DNA of 64,000 nucleotides from a virus (IMGVR_UViG_3300021167_000382:1-64000), one strand, 5' to 3'. Positions 29,470 through 40,257 are shown, counted from the stretch's first letter. Made by a program: numbers and translations. Notes: generated from the letters alone by a model not told the origin.

Positions 29470-30848
29470 TCTATCCGACGAAATACTGTATCAGACTGCT
29501 TGCCTTTGATTGTAGTGTCATAGATAGGGTCTACGAATGCTCCTGTGGCGATCTGAAGCGCTTTTAGATCAACACCCTCAATACCATAGTCTTGAGGATC
29601 ATAGATGCCGTGAGCGAGCTTTGTGTCGTTTCTATTACGACCAGCTGCGTATCCCAGACCCACAGCGACGACGCCAGCAATCAACGGTACTGCTTTCATA
29701 CCGAATTCAGCTGCCTTGATACCGAAAGAAAGTTTATCCGCTTTATTCTTTCGTTTCTTCTCCTTCTTATCGAAGCTATCCTTTCGCTTGGCAGATTTCT
29801 CTTCCAGTTCATCCTTACGTTCGGTAGAAGACATTTCGATTCTCTCCTTCTTCACTGCTGCATCAAACTTAATGCGGCTTATTTCAATATCATGACGTGT
29901 CCGCTGCTGCTCCGCCTCCTGTTTCAGCAATTCGATTTCTCGACGTGCTTTCTCCAGTTGAACCTTGTAGCGTGTTTCTTCAGCGGTAATGAGATGTTCA
30001 GGATTGCCATTAGTGATTGCGGCTTCCTTAGTCGTATGAAGACCAAGGCGTTCTTCTGCTTCACTGAACGTCATATACTCTGTTTCAATACGGTTTGCAC
30101 CGTTCTCATAGAGTAGTTTCGTGAAGTAGACCCCGGAATCCTTTGTTCTATCCTGACTAGCGGTTACTTCTACTACCTGTTTGGCGGAGAAGTAATACCA
30201 CTTATCGCGAAGGTTATCGTTATCGATGATCCGAATCATGTTACCAGCAGACTGCCTGGCCTCATCGTAGTCCCGAATATCCGGCGCAGTCCAAGATTCA
30301 TTGCTATTTGGATGATGCTCGAAGACCACACTGCGATCGAACGACAACACCAGGTTGCATTCACGAATGAATGAATAACCATCAGCAAGAATATCGCTCT
30401 CCATGACCATGAAGTAATTGCTATCTTCAATGCCGTAGTGACGACTGATCACGGCTTCTGATTCAATGTTTGATTGAATCTTAGCAAAAAGCTTCTTCGC
30501 TTCGAGGGAGGTTGGGATTTTCTCAACCAGGATCTGATTGGCGAGTTGAAGTGTTTCAGAGAAATCCTGATTCGTCTTCACTGCACACGTGGTTTTTATT
30601 TCCACATGCGGTTGGCTGATTGAACCTTGAATCTTGCCACGGATCGGCATGAGTACGAAAGGGACATTACCTTGAGTCTTCACATACAGCGGTTTATCCG
30701 TGAAGTTCAATATGCTGGTTGCTTGCTGAAAGCCACCCGCATTATAATGACGGATGTTAGCGCAGTCTTCACTACGCTGTGCTTTCGTGGTCTTAACTGA
30801 CTTTGTGTTTACGTTCCGTCCAATCGACACAATGTACTCCTTAATCAC
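29460..30848 (-). CDS. Conserved hypothetical protein with C-terminal coiled coil (phiKZ gp122-like position)
   Basis: 462 aa with a K/E-rich coiled coil and a hydrophobic segment near the C-terminus. Confidence 0.65.
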   Translation of the reverse strand: MIKEYIVSIGRNVNTKSVKTTKAQRSEDCANIRHYNAGGFQQATSILNFTDKPLYVKTQGNVPFVLMPIRGKIQGSISQPHVEIKTTCAVKTNQDFSETLQLANQILVEKIPTSLEAKKLFAKIQSNIESEAVISRHYGIEDSNYFMVMESDILADGYSFIRECNLVLSFDRSVVFEHHPNSNESWTAPDIRDYDEARQSAGNMIRIIDNDNLRDKWYYFSAKQVVEVTASQDRTKDSGVYFTKLLYENGANRIETEYMTFSEAEERLGLHTTKEAAITNGNPEHLITAEETRYKVQLEKARREIELLKQEAEQQRTRHDIEISRIKFDAAVKKERIEMSSTERKDELEEKSAKRKDSFDKKEKKRKNKADKLSFGIKAAEFGMKAVPLIAGVVAVGLGYAAGRNRNDTKLAHGIYDPQDYGIEGVDLKALQIATGAFVDPIYDTTIKGKQSDTVFRRIDCR

Positions 30849-30893
30849 TTTAAAGTTGTTATGCGAACATAGTTAAATACAGACTCTCTTCAA

Positions 30894-30908
30894 TTTAGAT
30901 ATACATGA
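30894..30908 (-). promoter_or_regulatory. Candidate phage promoter motif TCATGTATATCTAAA
   Basis: Intergenic, between a terminator and the next start; 14/15 identical to 33204-33218. Confidence 0.55.
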
Positions 30909-30910
30909 AC

Positions 30911-30959
30911 AAAAAAGAAAAGGGAACAGGACTCCGTGGCAACTACCACGGAGTCCTGT
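30911..30959 (-). terminator. Intrinsic terminator
   Basis: 14-bp stem at 30926-30959 followed by a T tract on the minus strand. Confidence 0.7.
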
Positions 30960-30963
30960 AACA

Positions 30964-31299
30964 TTAATCCTTCATCACTGTTTCTTTATTCAAGAAGGCA
31001 CGCATCCGGCTCTTGAAATAATCTACCGATCGAACGAGGCTTCCAAAAGCAATCTGAACAGAGGACATCAGGAAGATAGGATTATTGTCGTGGTTGATAT
31101 CGAACAAGATTTCACTAGGATCAAGTTTCTCAATCACTTCACGATATCCCGATTCCGTCTTTGTAAAACGTGCAAGTACTGTTTCACGTGAGGCGCTGGT
31201 AAATACTACAGAGACGCCATCGAAAGTTTTCAGCAAATCCATGATCTTTCGTTTAGAGGCTTCTTCTGGAAGAAGTACAGTGTAGAACTTTTCAGCCAT
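30964..31299 (-). CDS. Hypothetical protein
   Basis: 111-aa ORF overlapping the upstream stop codon. Confidence 0.6.
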   Translation of the reverse strand: MAEKFYTVLLPEEASKRKIMDLLKTFDGVSVVFTSASRETVLARFTKTESGYREVIEKLDPSEILFDINHDNNPIFLMSSVQIAFGSLVRSVDYFKSRMRAFLNKETVMKD

Positions 31300-32137
31300 G
31301 GCAAACTTCCTTTACTTCAGTAGCTTTCAATGCGGTTGGAAAGATAGGTAAGCTATTGTACCGATGATTCCCTGAGATCACAGCATTAAGAATACCTTCC
31401 GTGCGGAGGAAGTCAATGCCGGTTGTAGACGCTTCGTCCCACTTCAGACAACGGCGCCAAAGTGCAGGTTTCTTGATATTGCTGTCTTTTCCATACGTCA
31501 CAGGTACTAGACAGACCCAGATCTGTCCACCACCGCCAGGACGGAAGATCGCTTTCATGACAGGGAAGTCGTCATCTTCATCAAAAAACAGAACAGCGTG
31601 TTCGACATCACTCATCTGCGCACGCTTAGCTACTTCAACGAAATAGAGCACATGACCGCTGGTTGTAGGATTTACCTTACCTGACTTCATCAACAGGTGC
31701 GGATGACCAGAGGCCATGGTATCCGTGGTATCGATACGAAACTGAACATCGAACCAGACATCGAGAATCGTATCAAGTCGCATGTCCAGATCAAGCGGCG
31801 TTTCAGGTACGTTGAGCTTAAAGAATGCTTCAGTCTCCATTCCAAGACGCCGATTGATTTCTTCAATGTAGTCGCGGGTATCGTCAGCCACAGAGTTATA
31901 CATCTTCAGACGGATGACTGGGCCGTGTTCACGATCGACAGAATAGCGGAGACAGCCGAAGTACGCATTCTCAATGAAGAGGTAGGTCGAGAACGCCATC
32001 TGGTCATGGGTCTTGTACCCGTGAAGAACTTCCTTACGGATTTCATTGGCTAAGTCTTGACGAAGATTCAGCGACACAGGAATCTGGATTACTTTAGCCA
32101 TCGCGCTAAGACGATTGGTTTTAATACGAGTAAACAT
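31292..32137 (-). CDS. Hypothetical protein
   Basis: ATG at 32137 with aggag RBS. Confidence 0.65.
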   Translation of the reverse strand: MFTRIKTNRLSAMAKVIQIPVSLNLRQDLANEIRKEVLHGYKTHDQMAFSTYLFIENAYFGCLRYSVDREHGPVIRLKMYNSVADDTRDYIEEINRRLGMETEAFFKLNVPETPLDLDMRLDTILDVWFDVQFRIDTTDTMASGHPHLLMKSGKVNPTTSGHVLYFVEVAKRAQMSDVEHAVLFFDEDDDFPVMKAIFRPGGGGQIWVCLVPVTYGKDSNIKKPALWRRCLKWDEASTTGIDFLRTEGILNAVISGNHRYNSLPIFPTALKATEVKEVCHG

Positions 32138-32224
32138 GGAGGTAACTCCTAAAATGGGAAATCTCAAAAAGAAAAAGATCACGCGAGGTTAGTCGCGTGA
32201 TCTTCTAAGGGGACACTGGGTCAG

Positions 32225-33127
32225 TTACTTCTTAGCAGACCTGGGTCGAGCCGTTTTATTTGCTTGACGAGCTTGCTCGGTTTCACCGGCGATGACTTCA
32301 GGTTCTTCAGCCTTTTCTTGCAGGTTTCGGATCTGGCTAGCCAACCACGCGTCACGTGCACTGTCGAGCTGTTCGACCATCGACTGAACCGTTTCGACTG
32401 GTGCGCGGTCGTTCATCATCATGATCATCGACACGCAGCTCGGTATGATAGAACCGATGAGGAAGTCTTCGCCATCGAAACCATACTCTTCACACAGCGC
32501 CACGTAATCCGCACCAGCGATATGGATCTCGCTCGGGATGAACGGAATGCCGGTAGTGACCACTTCCCTCAAATGCTGACTGAGCGGCCTGCGAAGACGT
32601 GCCAGCTTGACAGCGATGATGTCATCTTCCGACAACTCGACACCGTCGACGGAAGGGACTACTGCACCGGAAGCTTCAATCACTTCAGGTGCTTTAGCCT
32701 TCAGTGGGTTGAAGAAATTAGCCATAACTTGCGCGGCTTTTTCCTTCTTGTTCTTCTTACCAGACTTGACTTTATCGGAAAGAAGATTTTCCAAAAATGA
32801 TTGACAAAGAGATGCATCGTGGAGAACTTCAGCGTTCATGGAAATACCAGAAGCCTTCTGCAGAAGTTTGATGCTGCTGACTTGCTTAAGTAGCTGCTTA
32901 AGTGCATCCTTCGCAACTACGTCATCAACCTCTTCCAGAGACATCAGTTCCTTGATTTCAGAAACCATATCAACCAAGCTGCAAAAAAGCGCATTCGTGC
33001 TATGGCTATTGAAGATCTTATCCGAATCTTCTTTACTGGATACTTCAAAGGCACTGACTGCCTTTTTGTTGAACATGGTAGAGAAATCATCTTCTTTGGT
33101 AATGAAGTTGAAAGTAACATCAGACAT
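32225..33127 (-). CDS. Hypothetical protein
   Basis: 300 aa with a strong gaggag RBS and a candidate promoter upstream. Confidence 0.7.
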   Translation of the reverse strand: MSDVTFNFITKEDDFSTMFNKKAVSAFEVSSKEDSDKIFNSHSTNALFCSLVDMVSEIKELMSLEEVDDVVAKDALKQLLKQVSSIKLLQKASGISMNAEVLHDASLCQSFLENLLSDKVKSGKKNKKEKAAQVMANFFNPLKAKAPEVIEASGAVVPSVDGVELSEDDIIAVKLARLRRPLSQHLREVVTTGIPFIPSEIHIAGADYVALCEEYGFDGEDFLIGSIIPSCVSMIMMMNDRAPVETVQSMVEQLDSARDAWLASQIRNLQEKAEEPEVIAGETEQARQANKTARPRSAKK

Positions 33128-33203
33128 TTGAATCTCCTCAAGGATAGGTAGGTTGAAACGGATTGTTTCATCAGCACATAGGAACTTTCTGTTCCGAGTA
33201 CAT

Positions 33204-33218
33204 TTTAAATATACATGA
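33204..33218 (-). promoter_or_regulatory. Candidate phage promoter motif TCATGTATATTTAAA
   Basis: Intergenic repeat of the 30894 motif. Confidence 0.55.
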
Positions 33219-33245
33219 GTGAAAAATGATAGAAAAAGATCGATG

Positions 33246-33279
33246 AAAAAGACGACCAGGGCCGAAGCCCTGGTCGTCT
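33246..33279 (-). terminator. Intrinsic terminator with UUCG loop
   Basis: Minus strand agacgaccagggc-ttcg-gccctggtcgtct-tttt. Confidence 0.8.
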
Positions 33280-33304
33280 CTATATTGCTTTTACTGAGAT
33301 CGAA

Positions 33305-34684
33305 TTAACGATGTGCAGCGATGGAAGCAGAAGCGTAGTCAGCACCAGCGTAAGCGGCGTTCATCAACGAAGCCGGAATGCGCTGACCGAGTTGGTTAAC
33401 CAGGCCGAAGATGGTGGAGATGGCTTCACGAGCTTCGTTCATGGCGACGCGGTCGTCGGACTTACCAGCGGATTCGACGGTCTTGGAAGCGGCCTTCAGA
33501 ACATTGTCAGCGGACTTCTGCGATTCGTCGATGATCTTCTGAATTTCCTTCTTGTTCTTTTCCATGTCTTCCACAGCAGAACAAGCCTTGGTGGCCAGAT
33601 CCAAACACTGGCTGATTTCGCCCTTGTTCAGCGTCTTGGCCTTTTCAGCTACTTCATTGTCAGCCAGGGAATCGAACGTCAGGGAGACGGTGGTGTAAGT
33701 CACGGTACCGGAACCAACCTTGAAGTTACGACGTGAACCTTCAGCAACGATGACTTGGCTGTTGGCGAACGGGCCGTAGGTTTCGGTGAAAGTGATGTCA
33801 CCGGCCTTGTTGACCTTACCTTTGCTCTTCACACCAACGCCAGTCTTGGCAATGGTAGCGATACCAGCAACGACGCTCTTGACCTTGTCGAAGGACGATT
33901 CCATGGCGGTAGCGAAAGCCTTGACATTGGCTTCAGTCACGCCAGAAGACTGGAGACTGGCAGTCATCGAGGAAACGTCAGATGCGATACCTGCAGAAAC
34001 GGCGGAAACGGCATTCGCAGCCTTGGCCAGATTCAGGGAGTTGGAAATGATGGTGGAGTAGGTGTCCAGATCAGCTTTCTTCTTGATCGAGATTTTCTTG
34101 ACCAATCCGCCGGTCAGTTCCTTTTCCTTCATCTTGGCATCAGACGAAATAGCCTGAGCACGCTTCTTCAGGTTTTCGATATGGTCACGGAGCGACTTGG
34201 CCGAACCAAAGATCTTGTTGAAGAATTGAACGATCTTTTCCCAAATGCGCTTGGCCATAGCCTTGATGGCTTCCCAAACGGACTTGATGGTTTCCGAGAT
34301 GGATTCCACGACCAACTTGGTCGAAGCCAGGCGGCTGTTGGCTTGACCGAAGGATTCGACGGCCGGGACGATGCGTTGTTGACCACGGAAGCCCAGGCGA
34401 TTATGGATGCGCTCGATAGCGATAGTGGCCACTTCAGCGGCTTGTTCGCTCAGACCTTCGCCAGATTCGACAGAGGCTTCGGCAACTTCACCGATTTCCT
34501 GAAGTTCTTCAACATCAGCAGAAGCTTGCTCGATATCACCGATGTCGGTGTTGATGTCACCGGCTTGTTCAGCGACTTCAGCGCGGTCTTCACCGACAAC
34601 GACTGCTTGATCGGCAGCTTGTTCGAGGCTTTCGGCGCCCAGGTTCTCTTCTTGAGCTTGTTCCATTGCAGCGATAATACCCAT
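33305..34684 (-). CDS. Internal head protein (phiKZ gp93-97 paralog family)
   Basis: Acidic propeptide, AVES cleavage-type site, ES..E..K..W.AIK...K..W amphipathic helix; highly biased codon usage; start at MGIIAAME. Confidence 0.75.
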   Translation of the reverse strand: MGIIAAMEQAQEENLGAESLEQAADQAVVVGEDRAEVAEQAGDINTDIGDIEQASADVEELQEIGEVAEASVESGEGLSEQAAEVATIAIERIHNRLGFRGQQRIVPAVESFGQANSRLASTKLVVESISETIKSVWEAIKAMAKRIWEKIVQFFNKIFGSAKSLRDHIENLKKRAQAISSDAKMKEKELTGGLVKKISIKKKADLDTYSTIISNSLNLAKAANAVSAVSAGIASDVSSMTASLQSSGVTEANVKAFATAMESSFDKVKSVVAGIATIAKTGVGVKSKGKVNKAGDITFTETYGPFANSQVIVAEGSRRNFKVGSGTVTYTTVSLTFDSLADNEVAEKAKTLNKGEISQCLDLATKACSAVEDMEKNKKEIQKIIDESQKSADNVLKAASKTVESAGKSDDRVAMNEAREAISTIFGLVNQLGQRIPASLMNAAYAGADYASASIAAHR

Positions 34685-34808
34685 GATTCTTTCCTTTGTA
34701 ACAGTTTTGTACCAAACGTTTGGTGACTTATAGAGGTGCGTCAGCTGTGACACAAACGCATTCAGTGCATCATAGGAGCACCGACCACTGCTAAGTCAAA
34801 CAGTAGAT

Positions 34809-36302
34809 TTAAGGAGTAGTTGGTTTCAAGACCTCAATATTCTTTTCCACGTAACGCAACACGCCGCTCACGTAGTCGGAAGAGAAGTCATGGATGTCAA
34901 TCGCACCAGGAAGGTAAACCTTCGTAATAAACGATTGCTTCAGATAGATCACTTCAACCAAGGACTCACGAAGGTTCTTAGCTTGAGCATCTTCTGTTAA
35001 CCAACTAAAGTAATTCTGAAAATTCGGTTTCAGTCGCTCAGCTGCTAGTTCAAGTTTCTTATAAAACGAAACATGACTTGAAGCTTTGTTGACAACCACT
35101 TCTAGCCCATTGAGAAGGCGTAGGAGAGATTGTTTGTCCATATAATTCACCATGGAACTTGTTTTTGGTGCTTGCGGGTTAACGCCTAGCACTAAGTAGC
35201 TCTCTTGATAAGCCTTACTTACTTCAGACATATCGTCAGATCGAGCTGCTGCCATAATGATATCTTTACGAGGCATTGCTGCCATCAGTATCGTTTTCAT
35301 TGGAAGAGGGTGTACAAAGACCGTTGTCTCAACGAGCTCCGGGGCTTTGTCATATCCAAGTACGGTTTTCCGCATGAATCCGGAGCTTAATGCATGGGTT
35401 TCAAGGTAGTGAACCACTTCAACCCTAGTATTCCGCTGACAAACTTCAATAACACGCTGCATGGTTCCAATTTCATTATGAATACCCTGATCGATGTCAC
35501 CTACAACCACATCAAGCAGTTTATCCATGGCTGAAATGGACTTCATTGGCGAGATCTCTGATCCTACTGTAAACAATGCAGCAACAGCCTCATCCTGGAA
35601 AGGTTCAGGCTGCATGACCTTCACACTATCCGGGAGTCCGTCAAGAATACTCCTCAGACGCTGTAGTCGGTTGCTGTGTTTCTTGAATGAATGCGTGTGT
35701 TGAAAATAGGCACGAGACACAGCGCTCCGCATCTTAACAAACGATTTAAACAACCGTGTCAGAAGGTATGAAACACCAGAACGAAGTTTGGCATAGACTT
35801 TGGGACCATACTCGACACCAAGTTCCTTCATGTAGACAGCCAGCTCAGTAGCTATGTGTAATGCATAACCTGAGAGCGCTTTAACGCCGTTCCAAGCCAT
35901 GCTACCAGTTTTTTGAAGTAGTGTTTCTTCACCGAAACTCTCAACCGCGAATCGACTATAGTGGTCTTCTGTGCGGAGACTTTCCGTTGCTACCGTGGTT
36001 AGTTTTCCGTCTATGACTTCCATATCCGATTCTTCAGTCTCAGCATCTTCAGGGGTATCATTACCTCCATCAGTGTCAGTAGCTTCTTCATTTGTGTCAG
36101 GTGTTTCATCGGATGCGTTGTCTGAACCACTGTCAGCCGCTTCACCCTCTTCTTCAACTTTCTCAGCATCCTCGACCTGCTTTGCTTTTTCCAAATACAA
36201 ACGGTCGTGTTCAGGTAGTGCTGCGTCACTGATATCTTTAGTGAGAACCTGGGTAATCGACAGTGTCGGGTCCAGATTCTCACAAGCTCGAATGATTCCC
36301 AT
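34809..36302 (-). CDS. Head protein (phiKZ gp92-like)
   Basis: Acidic N-terminal propeptide with ATES/AVES sites; start MGIIRACE at 36302; synteny. Confidence 0.6.
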   Translation of the reverse strand: MGIIRACENLDPTLSITQVLTKDISDAALPEHDRLYLEKAKQVEDAEKVEEEGEAADSGSDNASDETPDTNEEATDTDGGNDTPEDAETEESDMEVIDGKLTTVATESLRTEDHYSRFAVESFGEETLLQKTGSMAWNGVKALSGYALHIATELAVYMKELGVEYGPKVYAKLRSGVSYLLTRLFKSFVKMRSAVSRAYFQHTHSFKKHSNRLQRLRSILDGLPDSVKVMQPEPFQDEAVAALFTVGSEISPMKSISAMDKLLDVVVGDIDQGIHNEIGTMQRVIEVCQRNTRVEVVHYLETHALSSGFMRKTVLGYDKAPELVETTVFVHPLPMKTILMAAMPRKDIIMAAARSDDMSEVSKAYQESYLVLGVNPQAPKTSSMVNYMDKQSLLRLLNGLEVVVNKASSHVSFYKKLELAAERLKPNFQNYFSWLTEDAQAKNLRESLVEVIYLKQSFITKVYLPGAIDIHDFSSDYVSGVLRYVEKNIEVLKPTTP

Positions 36303-36304
36303 GA

Positions 36305-36904
36305 TCAGGCAGCAGTCGTTGCACGGCGGCCGTAGATGACGTTTAGCGTAGACAGCATGTCCTGTAAACCTTCTACAGTGCATGACCACTGCTTCACCAT
36401 ATCCACCGTCAGCCCGTTGGTCATCTGGTTCAGAATCTGCTTCAGCTCGTAAGCTTCCGTTTCTTTCTGTTCAGCAGAGAAACTCGGATTATTCGCACCG
36501 ACATGCAGTAGGCGGAAATAACCGCTATGAGACATAGAACGAGGTTGACGGTTGTAAATGAAGAGTAGCGTTTCTTTCAGGAAACGCTCATGGAGATAAG
36601 AGAAGCACGGTGATTGCTCTTGTGCTCGGAACCATGGTCCGAAGCTCTCATCACCCAGAAGAACCATGGCTTTCTTCAGTAACAGTTCACGGAAATTAAA
36701 GTCACTGAAGACTTTAGGATCAGCAGCCATTTGCGTATAGAGCTGCGTCACCGCTTTGTCATAATAGTTGCTGGTATCGACACGGAAGATGGTCTGTGTG
36801 ATCACCGCCTGAACCAATGAGCGTTCTTGTTCAGGCACTTGAACCAGATCAGAAGTATCTTCGCCAATGAAGCCAGATTGAAGGAGTTTGTAAACACCAG
36901 TCAT
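36305..36904 (-). CDS. Virion protein (phiKZ gp91-like)
   Basis: Size and synteny within the head gene block. Confidence 0.5.
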   Translation of the reverse strand: MTGVYKLLQSGFIGEDTSDLVQVPEQERSLVQAVITQTIFRVDTSNYYDKAVTQLYTQMAADPKVFSDFNFRELLLKKAMVLLGDESFGPWFRAQEQSPCFSYLHERFLKETLLFIYNRQPRSMSHSGYFRLLHVGANNPSFSAEQKETEAYELKQILNQMTNGLTVDMVKQWSCTVEGLQDMLSTLNVIYGRRATTAA

Positions 36905-36915
36905 GATGTTCCTCC

Positions 36916-37827
36916 TTACAGGCCAAGTTCAGTGTCAGTTTCAGCAAGCTGATAGTCAAGCTTTTCGATCCGATCCTGCAGACGCTGGATTTCGTTCATC
37001 AGTGCCGGGTCCTTGCGATTCTTGGCTTGGTTTTCAAGATATAGCAACCGAAATTCAAGTTGCTGCTTCTTGGCCTTGGCGGATTCATAACGGCTGTTCT
37101 GCCATTGAGCAAACGCCAGACGAACCGTATAGATCGGAGAACCTACGAAACCAGAATAACCCGTCGAAGCCAAGGGATCAGCTTCCTTGGATTCCAGCAT
37201 CGCGGCCAGCATCTTATTCGTACGCTCGTTAGCGATCAGGTCAGGAATAGCTTCGTAAAGTTTCTTGAACTCTTCTGGTTCAGCGGAATACTGAGCAAAA
37301 AGCTTAACGAATGCGTGGAACTTATTTTCCACGTACTTGACTTCAGCTTTCGAAATCTCGATACTAGGCTCAACTTCCACATCACGGCTAATCGCTTCAA
37401 CCGTATAGATATAGTTCAGCAGAGACAGCATGTAACGAGAAAGGAATGACATGTTACTAGCACTACGTAACACGAAGGCCGAACGGGTCGTCAGACCGGA
37501 CGTGATGATATCCTTATCCACCACCGTGTCAAGAAGCGTAGACATGTACGTCATATTTTCAAGCAAGTTCTTGAGACGAATGTTGATGTCAATGATGAAG
37601 TTCTTGGCAGAGCTGTGGCGGTTTGCCTTGAAGTTGGCAGAGAAGACCGCTTGCAGCGATTCAACTTCCACAGACTGCAGCTTGATCGTTCGGAAAGCGT
37701 CAGCTGCTTGCTGGTAGCTCGGCATGACGATCTTCGTCATTTCTTTTTCTGTGGTACGCAGATCGTCAGCGATATCGGAACGATTCACACGTGGCAACAG
37801 TTTCTTGATAAAGTCCAGGATACCCAT
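36916..37827 (-). CDS. Inner-head protein (phiKZ gp90-like)
   Basis: 303 aa, LLP N-terminus, GF...PIY..R....WQ..RY motif and C-terminal coiled coil. Confidence 0.7.
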   Translation of the reverse strand: MGILDFIKKLLPRVNRSDIADDLRTTEKEMTKIVMPSYQQAADAFRTIKLQSVEVESLQAVFSANFKANRHSSAKNFIIDINIRLKNLLENMTYMSTLLDTVVDKDIITSGLTTRSAFVLRSASNMSFLSRYMLSLLNYIYTVEAISRDVEVEPSIEISKAEVKYVENKFHAFVKLFAQYSAEPEEFKKLYEAIPDLIANERTNKMLAAMLESKEADPLASTGYSGFVGSPIYTVRLAFAQWQNSRYESAKAKKQQLEFRLLYLENQAKNRKDPALMNEIQRLQDRIEKLDYQLAETDTELGL

Positions 37828-37889
37828 TTTGTTTTATTCCTTGAATGATTTACGGACAGAGGGAGGGAAACCCCTCCCTCTTAACTTAC

Positions 37890-39017
37890 TTAGAACGTCG
37901 GTGCACGGCCTTCAAGCAGCACACGCATGATATCATTGATATCGGGACCCTTCTTATTACCGGAAGCTTTCAACGAACGAACTGAGATCGTTGAAGGTTG
38001 TGCAATACCGTTGAAATAGAAGTTGATGATCTCGCGTTCCTGATCCACCACCGCGATGATCATGGCGTAGGTACCCTGGAAGATCTTCTCACGACCATCC
38101 TTGGAATTGAAACGGAAACCCAACTTAGCTTCGATAGCTTCAGCGGCATCACTGGAGATAACATACAGATTCGTCGAAATAGCCAACGATGGATTCTTGG
38201 TCAGAAGACCGTAACCACGGTTCGCACTAACACGACGTGTCATTTCCTGCAATGCACCGGACTTGTCCTTGATCGCAGCACGGCGATATTCGTCAATCAA
38301 ATCCTGACAGAAGATCATGTCCTTGATCAACGAGATACGGCCAGAACGCCAGCTATGGTAACGTTCTACCAAAGACTCTTGTTCCTTGCGGTGGGTGAAG
38401 ATGTAGTTCAGCGAGTCATTGTTGACAATGTAAGGTGCCAAGCGAATGGTGATAGGCACAGTAACGGTACAGACAGGAGAACGTGCATCCGGTGCCGTAT
38501 TCGGTACATCGATGTCTACATTGATCAGCTTACCAACGGCCAGATTCTCAAGTTCGTAGAGAACCTTAATAGTATCTGCTTGACGATGTGCATCTTCCAT
38601 AGCCATCACACGACGTGTCGGCAACGAGAACTGCATCGATTCAGAAATCAGAAAGTTCGTTACGGTATTCTGAACCGCATCGTGGCGACCTTGAAGCATG
38701 AAACCGGTGCTATCACGATTCGGATTCAATGCATCCAGAATCCGAACGACTTCGATATTACGAACAGCTGTCGTCATCATGGAGATCGCTTGCAGGAAAT
38801 ACCCTGCATAGATCGATGTCATGGTATTCAACAGCGGGGTCAGGTATTCCAGATTGGCGCAGTCTTGAGAGATCAGCGTCATCGGTTCAGCACGAGTGAG
38901 TTTAGTCAACTGTGTCAAGGAGTTATCCGTGACATGACCAGCCACATTAGTCTTGAAATAGTCAACTACACGAGCAACGGTACTCAGTGCGCTGTTTATC
39001 GTGGAGATCGGGTCCAA
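37890..39017 (-). CDS. Inner-head protein (phiKZ gp89-like)
   Basis: SL...TK..R.EP, LNPNR, NLAVGK and ERYH.WRSG.I...D..FCQDLI motifs; TTG start with aaggag RBS. Confidence 0.75.
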   Translation of the reverse strand: MDPISTINSALSTVARVVDYFKTNVAGHVTDNSLTQLTKLTRAEPMTLISQDCANLEYLTPLLNTMTSIYAGYFLQAISMMTTAVRNIEVVRILDALNPNRDSTGFMLQGRHDAVQNTVTNFLISESMQFSLPTRRVMAMEDAHRQADTIKVLYELENLAVGKLINVDIDVPNTAPDARSPVCTVTVPITIRLAPYIVNNDSLNYIFTHRKEQESLVERYHSWRSGRISLIKDMIFCQDLIDEYRRAAIKDKSGALQEMTRRVSANRGYGLLTKNPSLAISTNLYVISSDAAEAIEAKLGFRFNSKDGREKIFQGTYAMIIAVVDQEREIINFYFNGIAQPSTISVRSLKASGNKKGPDINDIMRVLLEGRAPTF

Positions 39018-39160
39018 AGTTAACTCCTTTTTAGATATTGGATAACGGTTTTTTAACCACATTGTTTAACGGCAATCATAAGATCAGAACGCCTCTATAA
39101 ATATAGGGTTTAATTCCATAAAACAAAAATCGACTGGTTAATGCTATTTAGAAAGAAACT

Positions 39161-40255
39161 ATGTCTATCCTCTCACTGTCGATGGATGATTTCTTCTCAA
39201 AGATGCCGACTGGGTCGCTGGAACGCGCCATCGGAGTTAGTCTAAGAGGAATCGACCAACTACAAGCACCGGGTGCTATCCCTATCAACAAGGATATGCC
39301 CGGTTTCACTTTCTTCACGCGTCCTCAGCTGAATATGCAGATGGACAATCTTCGGAACGTTCGACAGTTCTCAAGTCTACTGAGTAAGAACCCTGTCAGC
39401 ATGCAGACTTACATCCGAACCATGCTCGACCCACGTTTGATTGAGGGTGTTTCTTTTAAGGGTAAGACTGGACACCCTGTTCCATTGGAAACTGTGCAAT
39501 GTCCTTTAGTTGACAATTACAATGCATTCATCCCACCCCTCACGAATAACCTGCTATCCATGTCTGGTTGGCCGAGTATCTCTGTACCAGTGAACACATC
39601 TGCACCTGGTCTCTACAATGAATCACAGACCATCGTCGATGGCCGCGTGTTTAATTCAGAAGCATTTGACATCACAGCGAACTTTCGCAATACTCGGGGT
39701 GATGTAATTCTGTATCTGTTCTATACCTGGGCTGTCTATATGTCCATGGTATTCGAAGGACGCCTGGTTCCGTACTTGGATTTCATTTCTGAAAACGAAC
39801 TCGACTATAACACGCGTATTTACCGTATTGTGACTGACTACACGAAAACACGCGTGTCCAAGATCACTTGCACACTGGCTTCAATTCCAGTCGGTGTTCC
39901 AGTTGGTGATGCATTCGATATTCCTGGAGATAAGCCGTATCTGGAATCCAATCGCGAAATCTCTATGCGATTCGCCTGTAACGGGGTTCGGTACTTTGAT
40001 GACCTAGTAGCAAAGGAATTCAATGCTACTGTTGTTATCTTTAATAAGGCTATGTCTGACAACTATCGGCCTAGTCTGATGACTAAGGTACCTTATAAGA
40101 GCTACTCGCTTTTCAAAGGTCTCTGTTATCCAAGAATCAATCTAGACACGGCTGAGCTAGAGTGGTGGACAACGAATGAAATCGCTAGCCGTATCTCCCA
40201 GCGCTATCTGAATGCGCTACCTGAAACCAATTCCGAAGAATACGAAGGAGATTAA
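39161..40255 (+). CDS. Virion tail/baseplate protein (phiKZ gp88-like)
   Basis: G.TFFTRP.LN, FIP.LTN.L.S.SGWP and DYNTRIYR motifs. Confidence 0.7.
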   Translation: MSILSLSMDDFFSKMPTGSLERAIGVSLRGIDQLQAPGAIPINKDMPGFTFFTRPQLNMQMDNLRNVRQFSSLLSKNPVSMQTYIRTMLDPRLIEGVSFKGKTGHPVPLETVQCPLVDNYNAFIPPLTNNLLSMSGWPSISVPVNTSAPGLYNESQTIVDGRVFNSEAFDITANFRNTRGDVILYLFYTWAVYMSMVFEGRLVPYLDFISENELDYNTRIYRIVTDYTKTRVSKITCTLASIPVGVPVGDAFDIPGDKPYLESNREISMRFACNGVRYFDDLVAKEFNATVVIFNKAMSDNYRPSLMTKVPYKSYSLFKGLCYPRINLDTAELEWWTTNEIASRISQRYLNALPETNSEEYEGD

Positions 40256-40257
40256 CA

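Noticed and set aside
33311-34726. Long antisense ORFs over the internal head gene (also 37998..39023 and 48429..49358)
   Set aside because: Same codon-bias shadow effect opposite clearly real genes.
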